A stretch of 62,959 bases of DNA, counting the filler, from Hyphochytrium catenoides (lineage: Eukaryota; Protista; Hyphochytriomycota), in the NCBI GenBank assembly GCA_900088475.1. It is 14 parts of 14 records of this genome, joined end to end, with 100 filler letters (N's around TTAATTAATTAA, not from the genome) between each part and the next. Parts side by side here need not be neighbours in the genome. Positions count along the whole stretch, not along the records: positions 61,753 to 62,959 come from FLMG01003568.1; 13 more parts are not named here. One strand, given 5' to 3'. Under the pieces are notes generated by a model. It was not told the DNA's origin. It searched no databases and was given only the letters and a program-made list of their open reading frames with translations. Shown here piece by piece: positions 62,724 through 62,959 of this stretch; positions within the stretch are counted from its first letter, which is position 1, and the number at the start of each line of letters is the position of its first letter. Made by a program: the position numbers and the translations under genes.

Positions 62724-62959
62724 CGACCTATTATATGAGTAAAGCATGGAGTTTGAGGAGAATGGCTCACCAGCTGCTTGGATCTCCTCAACTTCCCCGC
62801 CTTCACTATTCATAGCTTTTCAGACTCTGGTGTAGGTGAAGCTTTTGTTGTTCGTGTTTCAACAGGGTCACAGGCGGCAATGTCAGCCCTAGTCATCAGG
62901 ACGCGGACGGGTTCCCCGAAAGTGACGAAGGAGACGATGGCGGCGAGTCCGATAAGTCT

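Overview
Eukaryotic (protist, probably stramenopile-like; taxonomy is inferred) draft-assembly sequence. It is not one locus: 14 contigs/scaffolds are joined by 13 artificial 100-bp spacers (N-run + TTAATTAATTAA + N-run), so neighbourhood across spacers means nothing. The DNA is saturated with (GA)n/(CT)n microsatellite, and most ORF-track entries (SLSLSL/ERERER) are artefacts of it. Manual spliced translation with the standard code supports these genes: an LC8-family dynein light chain, an OST-HTH/LOTUS+RRM protein, RAD9, an ARM-repeat protein, GID8, a coiled-coil+DUF4833 protein, a TauE/TSUP membrane protein, a GDA1/CD39 apyrase, a 2OG-Fe(II) oxygenase, histidinol-phosphate aminotransferase, a PH+MIT protein and a PH+TBC RabGAP. 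Mobile-element-related sequence includes an AP2-domain ORF, an intact IS630/Tc1-type DNA-binding-only ORF and a frameshifted DDD transposase (Sola3-like). The most notable leads are: (1) decayed ORFs on several independent contigs interrupted mainly by TAG, together with a CTA-rich Leu usage, suggesting a CAG/CTG-targeted (CWG-methylation or RIP-like) mutational process; (2) an apparent GA-AG intron; (3) a candidate domesticated transposase; (4) a PH-MIT protein carrying its own MIM1-like motifs. All family calls come from motif recognition by eye; no searches were run.
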